Positions 22,357-34,655 of a DNA stretch of 64,000 nucleotides are shown one piece after another. The translations under genes and the position numbers were made by a program. Every line of letters begins with the position of its first letter. Positions within the stretch are counted from its first letter, which is position 1. A model generated the notes under the pieces. The model ran no database searches. It was not told the origin of the DNA and worked only from the letters and a program-made list of their open reading frames with translations. Source of the DNA: Gekko japonicus (taxonomy: Eukaryota); the NCBI RefSeq assembly GCF_001447785.1, contig NW_015177020.1:272365-336364 (forward strand), given 5' to 3'.

Positions 22357-24311
22357 ACAGAAATGAACAGACGTGGGGTTATCACCGGGGCCTCTGCATA
22401 GCAACCCAGGACTTCCTTGGTGGTCTCCCATCCAAGTACTAACCAGGGCTGACCCTGCTTAGCTTATGAAACCTGACAAAAGAACAGGCTAACCAGGGCA
22501 TTCGAGGTCAAGACTGTGACAGTTTAGTCCCAACAGGAATGTGTTACCGCTCGAGGTGATACGGAATAAAACCAAGGCCGATGGTGCAAGTAAAGTTAAA
22601 AAAAAATGTTATTCAGTCATAAAACTTTACTTGGGAATTCCAGCCCAGTTAAGGTTGCCAGGTCTGGGTTGGAAAATACTTGGAGACTTTGGGGGTGGAG
22701 CCAGGGGAGGGCGGGGTTTGGAGAGGGGAGGGGCCTCAGCATGTCAGAGTGCCAAGGAGTCCACCCTCCAAAGCGGCCATTCTCTCCAGGGGAGCTGATC
22801 TCTGCCAGCTGGAGATCAGTTGTAAAAGCGGGAGATCTCCAGGCCCCACCTGGAGGCTGGCAACCCTAAGCTGAGTAATAAAACATATCTTTACTTGTGG
22901 CGGATTCTTCGCTGAATAATAAAACGTATCTTTTTTCCTTCACTTGCACTATCAGCCTTGGCCCCTTTTTTGCCATCGAGTCAAGCTGACTTCGGGCAAG
23001 GGACGCTCAGAGGTGGCTTGCCATCGCCTGTCTCTGTCTCCCGACCCTGGTATTCTTTGGAGGTCTCCCATCCAAATACTAGCCAGGGCCGGCCCTGCTA
23101 AGCTCCCGAAATCTGATGAGGCTGGGCTGGCCTGGGCTATCCAGGTCTGGGGGCCCTTGCCCTCCCCCTTTTTGCAATAAAATCATTGTTATACATACAG
23201 TTTGTGGTGTTATTCTTCCAATCATGACTCTTTTCAACAATACATGCACAGATTCTATGAATATAAATATCATATATTAAGTATTAAATACATACATTCA
23301 AATTACATCAATAAATACTTTAATAAATCCATATGAGATGATATTACACATTGTAAAAAATTGCTCATAAAATATCCACTTACCAATAGTGGCTAATTCT
23401 AGCTCTACTGCTCACAAAACTCCTTCCGGATAATACATCTTAGCAAGCTCTACAGAAACCTTTCTTTTAAATTGTTACAAGCATCACCTGTTTGTTACAA
23501 GTTCTTTAGAATAACACCACAAACTGTATGTATAACAATGATTTTACTGTAAAAAAACTGTAAGAAAACTGCAAAAAAAGCTGTATTGTAAATTTACTCA
23601 GGAGTTGTTACCCCCTGCTATTAAATTTGTTTCCTTGTAGGACGTTTGAGAAAGACGCAGGTCGAAACGGACTCTCAAGCCCGGGAAAGTTCGTCCTTGC
23701 TTCTGTTTTCTTGAGGACTACGGTCTCTTGATTTGTTGACTTGCCTAAGGAATTAAAAACAATTACTATTGTTAGTTCAAAACCAAATGAACTTGTGCAG
23801 CAATATGTTGTTTTTGTATGTTATCTAAATTGCTGGGTCCTGGTTAATTCTGTGCAACTCAGGAGCCAGCCGGAACTCCGTTCCTGTGCGTTCCTGCCCA
23901 AAAATATCCCTGGGAAGAACTAAGGCCATGCTCAGACCTCTCATGTACACACATGAACACATGAAAGCTGCCTTCTACCGAATCAGACCCTTAGTCCAGG
24001 TTGGAAAATACCTGGAGACTTTGGGGGTGGAGCCAGGAGAGGGCGGGGTCTGGGGAGGGGCCTCAGCATGGCCCAATGTCATAGAGTCCACCCTTCAAAA
24101 CAGCCATTCTCTCCAGGGGAGCTGATCTCTGCCAGCTGGAGATCAGTTGTAAAAGCGGGAGATCCCCAGGCCCCGCCTGGAGGATGGCAACCCTATGCCC
24201 AAATGGCATATCATGATTGCCTCCTGGGACTAGTATAATCGACCCCAATGGAAAGGTAAGCCTGACTGTGTGTGACCCGCAACCTTCCCCACTCTCTTCT
24301 TTTGTTGAAAG

Positions 24312-24410
24312 GAAGAAACATACTTCGGAGGCCCCTATTCATAATCTACATCTTGCTGGCTGTCTCCTACTTGCTGATTGTCATCGGCTTTGCAGTGACC
24401 CTCTCCAAAG
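24312..24410 (+). CDS. Hepatic lectin-like gene 1, exon 2 (transmembrane anchor RNILRRPLFIIYILLAVSYLLIVIGFAVTLSK)
   Basis: Phase 1-1 exon with a hydrophobic stretch after basic residues; AG and GTTAGT boundaries. Confidence 0.9.
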
Positions 24411-24749
24411 GTTAGTTTCCCCTTTTCTTCTCTAAATTACGGCATTTGTAAGAGAGAGAGTCGCCAGGGCCTCCCTGGCCACGGGCGAGGGATAGGGGGG
24501 TAGGGTTGCCCGCTCCGAGTTGGGAAACTCCTGGAGATTTGGGGATGGAGCCTGGGGAGGACAGGGACCTCAGTGGGGTACAATGCCATAGAGCCCACCC
24601 TCCCAAGCATCCATTTTCTCCAGGGGAACTGATCGCTGTAGACTGGAGATGAACTGTAATTCCGGGGGATCCCCAGGTCCCACCTGGAGGCTGGCATCCC
24701 AAGGAAAAAAGGGGGATTTCTTGAGCTGTGATGATTCACACCTCAGAAA

Positions 24750-25345
24750 GGATATTATAGCATTGAGGAAAGTGCAAAAAAAGGACAACTAGAATGATAA
24801 AAGGGTTGGAACACTTTCCCTATGAAGAAAGACTCTTTAGCTTGGAGAAGTGATGGGTGAGGGGTGACATGATTGAGGTTTATAAGATTATGCATGGGAC
24901 AGAGCAGGTAGAGAAAGAAGTACTTTTCTCCCTTTCTCACAATACAAGAACTCGTGGGCACCCCATGAAATTGCTGAGCAGTCGGGTTAGGACAGATAAA
25001 AGGAAGTCCTTCTTCACCCAAAGAGTAATTAACGCATGGAATTCACTGCCACAGGAGGTGGTGGTGACTACAAGCACAGATGGCTTCAAGAGGGAATTAG
25101 ATAAGCATATGGAGCAGAGGTCCATCAGTGGCTCTTAGCCACAAGGTATAGATAGGAACTCTCGGTCTGGGGCAAGTGATGCATTGTATTCTTGGTGCTT
25201 GGGGGGGGGGGCAACAGTGGGAGGGCTTNNNNNNNNNNNNNNNNNNNNNNNNNNAACCTCCTGATGGCACCTGGTATTTTTGGCCACTGTGTGACAGAGT
25301 GTTGGACTGGATGGACTATTGGCCTGATCCAACATTGGCTTCTCT
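24750..25345 (+). mobile_element. CR1 LINE 3' fragment
   Basis: ORF 24857-25138 (RGDMIEVYKI...TRGH...FFTQRVINAWNSLP) is a CR1 ORF2 C-terminus; TTCTTATG-type tail. Confidence 0.88.
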
Positions 25346-25911
25346 GACATTCCTATGTTCTTACATAAGAGGTCCACCATTATCGATTCTGTCGAGTTTC
25401 TCTCTGCTTAGGCACCCTGAGTGCAATGCTTTGTTTCTTGCTCTTTTACCGCCATGCAATATTGTGCACGAATGGTGGGCCAACCAATCTTTCCCTCTCC
25501 CTGTTTCCCAAACCTGCCTCTCTTGGATCTTTTTAGGACGAGCACTGTCCAAGTTATCAGGCAGACTGGACAGCAGGGTGGACGGCATCTCAGATCTGTG
25601 CCATTTCCCCCTCACAGCTGTACCTTCCCCATCACACCACCAGGGGTCTATTTCTGAACTTTAAAAAGAAATAAATCTATAATTGGGAAATCACTACAGT
25701 GTTATAATGTCTGATGGACCCAGATGGGGGAAGAACAACAAGCAAAAACATTCTCTTTGCCTCTGTGGCTAGCAAACACAGTCGGGTGAGAGTTCTACTA
25801 CAGAGCGAAAGAGGGTAGGGTGGAAGCTGGGACCCCCCGGCCAGGTGGCTACTAGGGTCTGCTATCCCGTCTCCTTCACATATATTTCTCTCCTGTCCTT
25901 TGCCGTTCCAG

Positions 25912-25986
25912 CCACAACGCTGTCATCGCAACTGAACGAGACATACAACAAGATGAAAATCAACCCCTCCGGCCGTGATCTCCACT
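25912..25986 (+). CDS. Hepatic lectin-like gene 1, exon 3 (neck, ATTLSSQLNETYNKMKINPSGRDLH)
   Basis: 75-nt phase 1-1 exon, same length as the paralogous exon 53619-53693; contains the sequon NET. Confidence 0.85.
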
Positions 25987-26886
25987 GTAGGTTTCTATAT
26001 TTTATTTTGCAGGCATCCGTGGCTCTGTTGCTGACCCAGGCGTGGAGTGTGGTAAAGAGTAGGCCGCTGACATCTTTTCTGGTGTCCGCCAAGTGCTTTA
26101 GAAAGTGGGCGTGGCCAGGTGGGGGTTCCCCCCCCAAGCAGGGCTTCTGATTGGCCACTGGGGATTTGATTGGCTGCGCAGATTTTTAAAGATGTTGCTT
26201 TGGCAGCGGCTGCCGACACAGCACAAGGATCTGACCTCTGTGAGTGAAGGTAGGCTCGGGTGGCCATTTTGCGGCTGGCTCCACCTCCTGCGACAGCTGT
26301 TTTGTGCCTGTGCCCACCATACTGTGTCAGAGCTCCAAAGGTGCCTGCAGGCTCAAAAAGGTAAAGGCCCTTGGCCTAGAACAATTCAGGTAGGATTGCC
26401 AGGTCTTACCTAGCTGCTGGCAGCTAGCAGCTTATCCCCTGGGTTTTTTGGTGCATGTGCAAAGCACACACAGCGCGATGATGTCACCCGGAAGTGACGT
26501 CATCGTGCAGGGCATGTTGCAGCGGGACGCTCTATCATTTGAGGGAAAACTCTATGGTAGCCATTGCACCAGGCATGTTGGCACTAACAGGGCTCTTTGG
26601 GGGCACAGTTCCCCCCCGCCAGCCAGATCAGGGGTGGCAGATTGGGCCCCCCCGAAAGCGGGTAAACCCCTGCTCCTGTCGGGGGAATGGCAACCTTAGA
26701 TTCAGGAGAGGGTGTAATCATGCGTGTTTGGTGGTGGTAGTGCTGTTACCATTTTTTATTAGGACCGGAGAAGTTACGCTTGGGCCCTGACCCCTCTGCT
26801 ACCAATCCTTTTTGGCAATCAAGCTCTACAGGAAGCTCCAAGTGAGGGGTTGTGCTGGCCTAGAGGAGATCACATATTATGTTGTC

Positions 26887-27261
26887 CAGGGCTTTTTTTT
26901 GTAGAAAAAGCCCAGCAGGAACTCATTAGTATAATAGGCCATACCCAAGAGCAGGAACTCATTAGCATATTAGGCCACACCCTGACAGCACAGCTCATTC
27001 GCATATTAGGCCACACCCCATGTTGCCAGGTGCGGTCATCCAGCCACACCCACCTATTGCTTCTTATTCTCTTTAACTTGTTTGTTGTCAAAACCCAGGG
27101 CTTTTTGCATGTTAGGCCACACACCCCTAATTGTAGCCAATCCTAAGGAGTTCCTGCTGTTGGGTGTGGCCTATTATGCTAATGAGATCCTGCTGGGCGT
27201 GGCCAACTCGGGAGCCAGCCGGAACTCTGTTCTTGTGCGTTCCTGCCCCAAAATAGCCCTG
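26887..27261. mobile_element. hAT MITE (CAGGGCT family)
   Basis: Perfect 8-bp TSD ATGTTGTC. Confidence 0.9.
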
Positions 27262-27400
27262 ATGTTGTCACTATAGCCTGTACTTACCAGGCTCAAACAC
27301 TGGGTTGGGCTTCCCTCAGCACCACCACAGTTCTCAGGCTCTCATCAATTCCCAGGCCAAGCTACGAAGTGGTGATCCTCGTCTCTTCTTCTTTCCTTAG

Positions 27401-27552
27401 TGTTCCCCTGTGGCCCAGACAACAGGCAGTGGGAGTACTTCAATGGGAAGTGTTACTACTTCTCCTTAGAAACTGTTCCCTGGCAGGAGGCCAAGACGAA
27501 GTGTGAAGAGCAACACGCCAAGCTGGTTGTCATTGATGGTTTCCCCAAGCAG
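27401..27552 (+). CDS. Hepatic lectin-like gene 1, exon 4 (first CTLD exon, LFPCGPDNRQWEYFNGKCYYFS...KQ)
   Basis: Long-form C-type lectin domain start; 152 nt; canonical splice sites. Confidence 0.95.
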
Positions 27553-28865
27553 GTAACGGAAAAGGGGATCTGGTTGTCTTTGGGAATGGGCGGGAATGAC
27601 GGAAGCCAAAGTGCAATTTTTGTGTGTGTGTATGTGTGCAAAGTGCTGTCACGTTACAGCCAACCTGTGGCAACCCCAGCAAGGGGCTTTCAATGCTAGC
27701 GAGAAGCAGAGATGGCTTGCCACTGCCTTCCTCTGCAGAGTCTTCTTTGCTGGTCCCCCAGCCAAGCACTGACCCTGCTTAGCTTCTGACATCTGGTAAG
27801 AATCGGGCTATATTATACCATTCCACAACAGTGGAAGGTCAACTTGGGAGGGCTTCTGGAATTCTAGCTGGTGGACCTCCCGATGACACCTGGGTTTTGG
27901 CCACTGTGTGACACAGAGTGTTGGACTGGGTGGGCCCTTGGCCTCATCCAACATGGCTTCTCTTACGTTCTTATCCCCCAAAGTGCAGTTTGCAAATACC
28001 AGTTGCCCATGTGAATGCAGCTGAACAGCAGTGCTTCACTTTGCCCCCTTGCAAATACCAATTACCCAAGTGAATGGCAGTCCTCCCTCTCTCATCAATC
28101 ACCCCTCGAGGTCAAGAAATGCAAAAGAATCACAATGCAATCTCAGCAGCCCCGTAGCCAGGATTTTGTGGCTTGTTGGGCAAAATGTTTTCTGCTGGGG
28201 CTGCCATTCTTTTCCATAATGAGGGGGCACGCCCCTCTCCCTCCTCTCCTGCAAGCTTTAAAGGGCCCTTCAGCTGCTCGATGGGGAGCACGTGGCCTGC
28301 CAATCAGCTGGAGGGCCCTTTAAATCTTGCAGCAGAGGATGGAGGGGGGGCATGCGCTACTTCCTGCTTCTTCTCAGAAGGGATCCTTCAAATACATTTG
28401 AGAAAAAGTGGGGAGGGACCTTTAAGGAAGGGGGCTGGCCCTTTGAGGAAGGGTGCGGAGCCCCCAATAGCCCCATTGTAGGGCCAGAATCTCACCTGCC
28501 TCCTCCAGATCTTTAAAGGCTGAGATGGGCTGTCCTCAGTGGGCAGTTCCAGGATAGTTCCAGTGAAGATCCCCCCAGCGTACGACACCAATGGCAGCCA
28601 GTCTGGCCATTTAACTGACAGGGAAATTTCCTGATGGGCCACTGCCCTAGAAGGCTGCTGGTGGCCAGAAGCAAGCTCTAGCAACATGCCAGAGCTTCAG
28701 GGGTCACTTGGCTCTGGTCCTCCATTGGCCATGATCACTGGTGACAGTTCACCAATTCTCTTTTCCCACACTGCTGCCAGTGTTTAGGAGGAAGCAATGG
28801 GTGAGCTCCTCCAGCAAATTTGAAGAAAAATGCATAGCATCCTGGTCTTCACTCATCAACTATAA

Positions 28866-29187
28866 CAGTGGTGGGGAACTATGGCATGGGTGCTAGAGGT
28901 GGCACTCAGAGCCCTCTCTATGGGCACACGTGCCATCGCCCCAGCCAGGCCCAGACCATTATTAAAGTGTCGAATTCTCTGCCAAATAATTTTAAGTAAG
29001 TAAATGAAAGCATTTGGGATTGCTTTCCTTACTTTGTTTGGATCATCTTAAGTTAATGTATGAGTTGTTTTTTCTAAAGTAAAACCTCAGTATTCAGGTT
29101 AAATTGCCGTGTTGGCACTTTGCGATAAATAAGTGGGTTTTGGGTCACAGTTTGGGCACTCGGTCTCTAAAAGGTTCACCATCACTG
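28866..29187. mobile_element. hAT/Charlie-like MITE (CAGTG.TGG.GAAC TIR)
   Basis: TIRs CAGTGGTGGGGAAC / GTTCACCATCACTG. Confidence 0.7.
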
Positions 29188-29884
29188 AACTGTATGGTTG
29201 AATCTGATGTAATTCCAGCAAATCCTTTATACAAATCAATGATATGCTTTTGAAACTTGAACCTGAAACATTATTTGGCTTAGATCTTAGTATCTGAAGT
29301 TACTTTCAGAACACTAATTTAAAGTTTGCCTGTAAAGATACGTTTTTATTATACGATTGTTGCCTTAAGAGGCGTTTTGTAGTGTGTAATATAGTTCTTC
29401 TTCAGCCTGGACATAGTTAAGCATGAATGTTTTTTCTAACCTATCTTTGTACTTCATCTGCAGACATCTATTGCACTTGCTTTGTATTGTTATTAAATTC
29501 TTAAATAAAATTTATTTTTTTTAAAAAACCCATTGTTTGCATCAGTGAGTAACCCCCTGCACAGCTGACACCTAGCTCCACTCAGCTGGGCTTGCTCCAG
29601 GGCCATTTTCGCTTCCCAGTCCACTCTTGAGGCAGCAAAGACAGTTCTGTGATGGTCTTTTCCAAGCTGGTTGTTCCAAGTGGATCCATTCGGGGGGGGG
29701 GGGGCCATATTTGTTCCCATGCAGCAGCATGAGACGTGACTGAACCCTCACCTAAAAGCTCACAACTAAAACTTCCCCTGCCTCTCTGAAAAATTACTGA
29801 TAGTGCTAGTCGAACACACGGAACAAAAATGTAGTGCAGCCTTTCAAAGTATTATCAGAGTAGGGTACAAAGAGGCTTCATAAG

Positions 29885-30303
29885 CAGGGGTCGTTTCATA
29901 GAAAAAGAGCTAGGGGAACTCATTAGCATAACTCATTAGCATATGCCACACCCCCTGACATCACCGGAAGTGTGTCATAAGGCCACACACCCCGCCCCCA
30001 ATAGCCCCGGCCGCCGCCGCCGGCCTTGCAGCTCCACTGCCGAGCCCCATGAGGGGCCCGGCGGTGGACCTGCAAGGCCGGCGGGAGTGCAAGGAAGCCC
30101 CGCGAAGGCCCTCCCTGGCCCCAGGCAGGCAGGGGTGGGGAGAGGCAGGGAGGAAGCAACTTACCCTCCCTCTTCTCCTGCCTCCTCCTGGCTGAATGAG
30201 GGCCGGAAGCGGGGCGGCCGGAAGCAGGGGGCGGGGCTTCGTCATGTGCCCCGCCCCCGTACCTCACCCGGGGGAACTGCGATCCCCCCCGAAATGACCT
30301 CTG
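29885..30303. mobile_element. hAT MITE (CAGGGGTC subfamily, GC-rich core)
   Basis: Perfect TSD TTCATAAG; relatives at 57893-58233 and 63731-63957. Confidence 0.9.
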
Positions 30304-30571
30304 TTCATAAGAAATGGCACTTTGAAACATCTGTGCCACAGCAGAAAAGGTCCTGCAGCAGATCCCTGTCAACCTTGCTATCCAAAAAGAAGGGATACCG
30401 ATAGCCCTCTCACCTGCCACCAAGTAGGTCTTATGATTCTTTTTGAAAATCTATTTATTTTGGCCGTAGCTTCCCCCTGAGGCAAACCAGATATTTCCCA
30501 CCATTTCCACTTTGACACAGCAACACAAGTCAGCATGCCCTCAGCCACACTTGTCTGATCTCCCCCTACAG

Positions 30572-30684
30572 AACTTCATACAGACCCGAACTAGGAATGA
30601 GCGCTTTTGGATCGGACTTCATGAGTTGCAAACAGAAGGAGAATGGAAATGGCTGGATGGTAGCAACTACAGAACAGGTTTCAA
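30572..30684 (+). CDS. Hepatic lectin-like gene 1, exon 5 (NFIQTRTRNERFWIGLHELQTEGEWKWLDGSNYRTGF(K))
   Basis: WIGL motif; RTRNERFWIGL matches chicken hepatic lectin as recalled; CAG and GTAAGC boundaries. Confidence 0.95.
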
Positions 30685-30822
30685 GTAAGCCCTGCTGTAA
30701 CACAAAATTGTGACATTGTGGGGAAGCTCAACCCGAACCTAACTCTCCTGTGGCTTCCTCCTGCAAGGACAGATGCATCAATTTGTATGGGTGTGGGAGC
30801 AGCAGTGACTTACCCACATTCT

Positions 30823-31072
30823 TGTTCTCCTCACTTGTAAGTTCCTGTTTCTTTGGAGGTTTTTCCCTGTTCTGCATATGTTTTGCTCCCTCTAGTGGTT
30901 GATTTGGTATTACATTGATTTATGTCCAGCATAAAAACCTACAGTTTAAATATGCAGGGAGATACGCTGGACATAACCTGATGTAATATCGAATTGACCA
31001 CTAGAGGGAGCAAAACATGCATGGGACGGGGGGGGGGACCCCAAAGCAACAAGAACTTACAGGTGAGGAAAA
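30823..31072. repeat. Foldback palindrome (arms about 110 bp) with two CTCF-like motifs
   Basis: About 30825-30932 is the imperfect reverse complement of 30963-31070. Confidence 0.75.
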
Positions 31073-31509
31073 TGGGAATATTGAAAAACCCTCTGTCAAC
31101 AAAGTGACTTCATGGGATTTGCTCCTGGCTTCAAGGGAATCTTGATCAGTCACAGTGAGAAGGTAGTATGATTTTTCATGACATGTCTAGTGATCCTGAT
31201 GTGCTCTGTAGATCTTATTCACACTTCGAGTTAGGATCCACCCATCGGTCATTCCATTCTGTGATTCTTGAGTGACAAAGGAAAATAATGGAATGACAGA
31301 GGGAAAGAATGGAATACATTATCAGCTTCCAGTTCTCTCACCTGGCTGAAACCAAGGCCTAGTTATTTTATTCGTATCACCCTTTGAACTCACACATAAA
31401 AGCAACTTTGGGATTTATTTCTTTTTTACACCGTTCCATCTCAAACCATTAATTGTTTGTAATTTTGAACATGAAATTATCTACCCTGAAAATGCTGGTA
31501 CCATTTTAT

Positions 31510-32002
31510 GGCTGTGGTCACACGGAGCAGTTGCCACGCTACTGCGACGGAAGATAGGCAGATTTTCTGGGTGCGATCTCACTGCCACATCTGGGAAGCG
31601 TAGAGCTCCCGTGACGAACCTGAGGCTTCCCTCTGAAGATGCGCGGTTAAAAACTAGTACCTCGGAGGTACTAGTTTCCGGAAACCGCGGGGCAAGGGCG
31701 GGTGTCTGATCGCGTTTCCAGTGGCATCCGCGCCCGCCCATGCCCCATTGCGAAAAGGTTTTTTCCCCCCGAAGTCTCCAGGGATGCGCATAAGCACCCA
31801 ACGGGGTATGCGCATACTTCAGGTTAAAAAAAACCACAACCCCGTTTGCCGCGCCGCGCTGCTTCTTTGGCGCGTCATGTGATAGGCACCTCCCCCTAAC
31901 CACGGGACCTCGACGGGACCGCGAGGGGACGCCTGATTGCGCAGTCGCGCGTTATTTCGCCACGCCTCCCCCCCGCAATATCCGGCCCATGTGGCCGGGG
32001 CC
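31510..32002. mobile_element. CpG-rich PIF/Harbinger-like element
   Basis: Inverted homolog of 2325-3034. Confidence 0.7.
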
Positions 32003-33491
32003 CAAATATTGTGAAACGAATTGTTGACATTGCACAGTCTCCAACTGGCAGAAAATGCCATTTTGTCCAGAAGCAGGCGGGGGTTGGAGATCTCCCAGAA
32101 TTACAACTGATCTCCAGACAGCAGAGATCACTTTCCCTGGAGGAAATGGCTGCTTTGGAGGGTGGACTTCATAGCTCCCGCTTCAGACTCCACCACCCCC
32201 AGGATCAACTCCCAAAGCTCCAGGGATTTCCCAACCAGGACTTGGCAACCTTCAACTGTTTGTAGTTTTCACATTTCCTAAGTCCAATTGTCTCATCCAC
32301 TCTGTAAATCAAACTTTAGGGTTTCAGACCAAAAAGACAAACACGTAATAAGGGATTTTAATATCTAGAAGAAGAAGAGATTGGATTTATACCCCGCCCT
32401 TCACTACCCAAAGGTGTCTCAGAGCGGCTTACAAACTCCTTTCCCTCCCCCTCCCCACCACAGACACCCTGTGAGGTAGGCGGGGCTGAGAGAGCTCTTG
32501 ACAGACACTGTTATTTTTTCAAGAACAGCTCTTATCAGAACTATGGCTTGCCCAAGGTCATCCAGCCAGGTGCAAGTGGAGGAGTGGGGAATCAAACCCG
32601 GTTCTCCCAGATTAGAGTCCGCGCACTTAACCACTACACCAAACTGGTCTAGTCCATGAATGCAAAATCGTTTGGGCGGGGTGTGTGTGTGTCAGATACA
32701 ATGTGTTCACAGAATTGGTTCCTTTCTAGGCGAACACAACAATAATCTCTGTGATTTCTTGTTCCTTCTACATTACTGCATTCCTCTTTTCTTTTAATTA
32801 AACAAAGCTTTCTGTATCACCTAGGGTTGGTAGCTCTGGGTTGGGAAACCCCTGGAGATTTGGGGGTGGAACCTGGGGAGGGTAGTGGGAGGGGCCTCAG
32901 CAGGGTCTAATGCTACAGAGCCCAAATGCTGAAACAGCAGTTTCCCCAGGGGAACTGATTTCTGTCATTTGGAGATCAGTTGTGATTCCTGGAGATCTCC
33001 AGGCCCCACCTGGAGGCTGGCAACCCTAAACCAATTCTGGATGTAACGTTTGAGTCCAGTGGCACATTTATGACCAACAAAGTTCAGTTCTGGGAAATGC
33101 TCCCTCTAAGCTGTGGAGCCTTGTGAGCAAAAACTCTACTTGGTGAGCTACTGGCATTAAAGTTGCGAACGAACCATTTGGCTACTGCATAAATAAGTTT
33201 GCTCTGGAGCCATCCTTCCTGAGCTAAGGCAAAAACGTGTGAGCCGGAGGCTAAAGAACTGTGAGCTAACTCACACTAACTCACCATAGAGGGAACACTG
33301 ATTCTGGGTATAAGCTTTCCTGTGCACGCACAACTGTGTTCTTTGTTCGGTTACTTTAGACCAGCACAGCTTACCTACATCAGTTTCAGAAAGGGTAGCC
33401 TAGGCTCCTTGGAGAACACATAAAAATCCACTGGATTTGGGCCATTTGTTTGGTTTGTTCATTTACAAACAAAGCTTTTCTTTGATCCCAG

Positions 33492-33657
33492 GTACTGGAA
33501 GCAGGGAGAACCCAACGACTACATGCGACATGATGAGGACTGTGCCCAAGTCTGGATCAATGGGGAATGGAACGATTTCACCTGCAGTTCCAGCTGCTAC
33601 TATGTTTGCGAGAGGCCCATGCCGAGCCCCCCTCCGGCAGCACCCAAAGGAAAGTGA
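33492..33657 (+). CDS. Hepatic lectin-like gene 1, exon 6 (YWKQGEPND...EDC...WNDFTC...YVCE...GK*)
   Basis: EPN and WND Ca/sugar-binding motifs. Spliced CDS is 648 nt (215 aa). Confidence 0.95.
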
Positions 33658-34235
33658 GCCCCTGCTGTCGTTTACGCTGAAGGAAGGAAGAGAAGAGGGG
33701 GGGGGATGGATACAGTAGTGAGAAAAGAAATCTTATTTCATTCGAGAGTCCCTACACATCTCACATGCAGCTTAGTTGGGTGGTCTGTATGGCAACCCAT
33801 CTCTTACAGGGTTTGCTCTCAGGGTGTTTTCACACAGCCTGAATAATGCTCTTTCGAACTACCTTCAATGCACTCGGACCATTGTTTGCTGGTGGGTTTT
33901 GCCATTTCGCGCAGTAAAGTCCAGTTGCAAATCACATTGGAAGCAGGGCTGCCAACATCCCGGTGGTAAGATTACATGTAACAAAGTACCGCCATGTACA
34001 ATAGTTACTGCTTACTGCTTATTAGAGTTTACTATCACGTAGCATATGGAATTCTAGCAATATTTTACAATAATTCAAAATTATAAGTCTCCAGTGGTTC
34101 ACTAATATAAAGTTTCACCAGGAAGGAACAATTAATGGTTAGCACCTATTTCAAAGCTTGTAAAAGTAACCAAAAAGGGTTTTTTTGGGGGGAGGGGGGG
34201 TTTGCTACCAATATTTAACCGTGGACAGTGTAGTC

Positions 34236-34655
34236 CAGGGGTCATTTCCTGCAGCAGCGCACAGGAGTGGAGCTCCGGAAGTAAAGAGCCCAGGGGGCGG
34301 GCACATGCAACAAGCCCCACCCCCTGTTCCCAGCAGGCCTCAGTCAGGGCAAGAAGCAGCCAGGTAAGTTGCAGAACTCCCCCCGACCCCCCAGTCCAAA
34401 ACAGTCCAGTGGCACCTTTCAGACCAAGTTTTATTCAGGTACAAGCTCTCCCTCCTCTGTGAGGGCAGATCTGCGCGTGTCCCCCCCCCCCCCCAACAGC
34501 TAGCAATCCAAAACAGTCTAGTGGAGCCTGAGCGGTGGGTGTTGCCTTCTGACACACTTCCGGTGATGTCAGGGGGTGTGGCGTATGCCAATGAGTTGTG
34601 CTAATGAGTTATGCTAGTGAGCTCCTGCACCGCTTTTTCTACGAAATGACCTCTG
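34236..34655. mobile_element. hAT MITE (CAGGGGTC subfamily) with an internal Penelope fragment
   Basis: Perfect TSD GTGTAGTC. Confidence 0.85.

Noticed and set aside
24220-24311. Strong donor AAG|GTAAGC at 24256 suggesting an extra lectin exon
   Set aside because: Would leave a 56-nt intron, too short for a typical vertebrate intron; exons 1 and 2 already join in frame.
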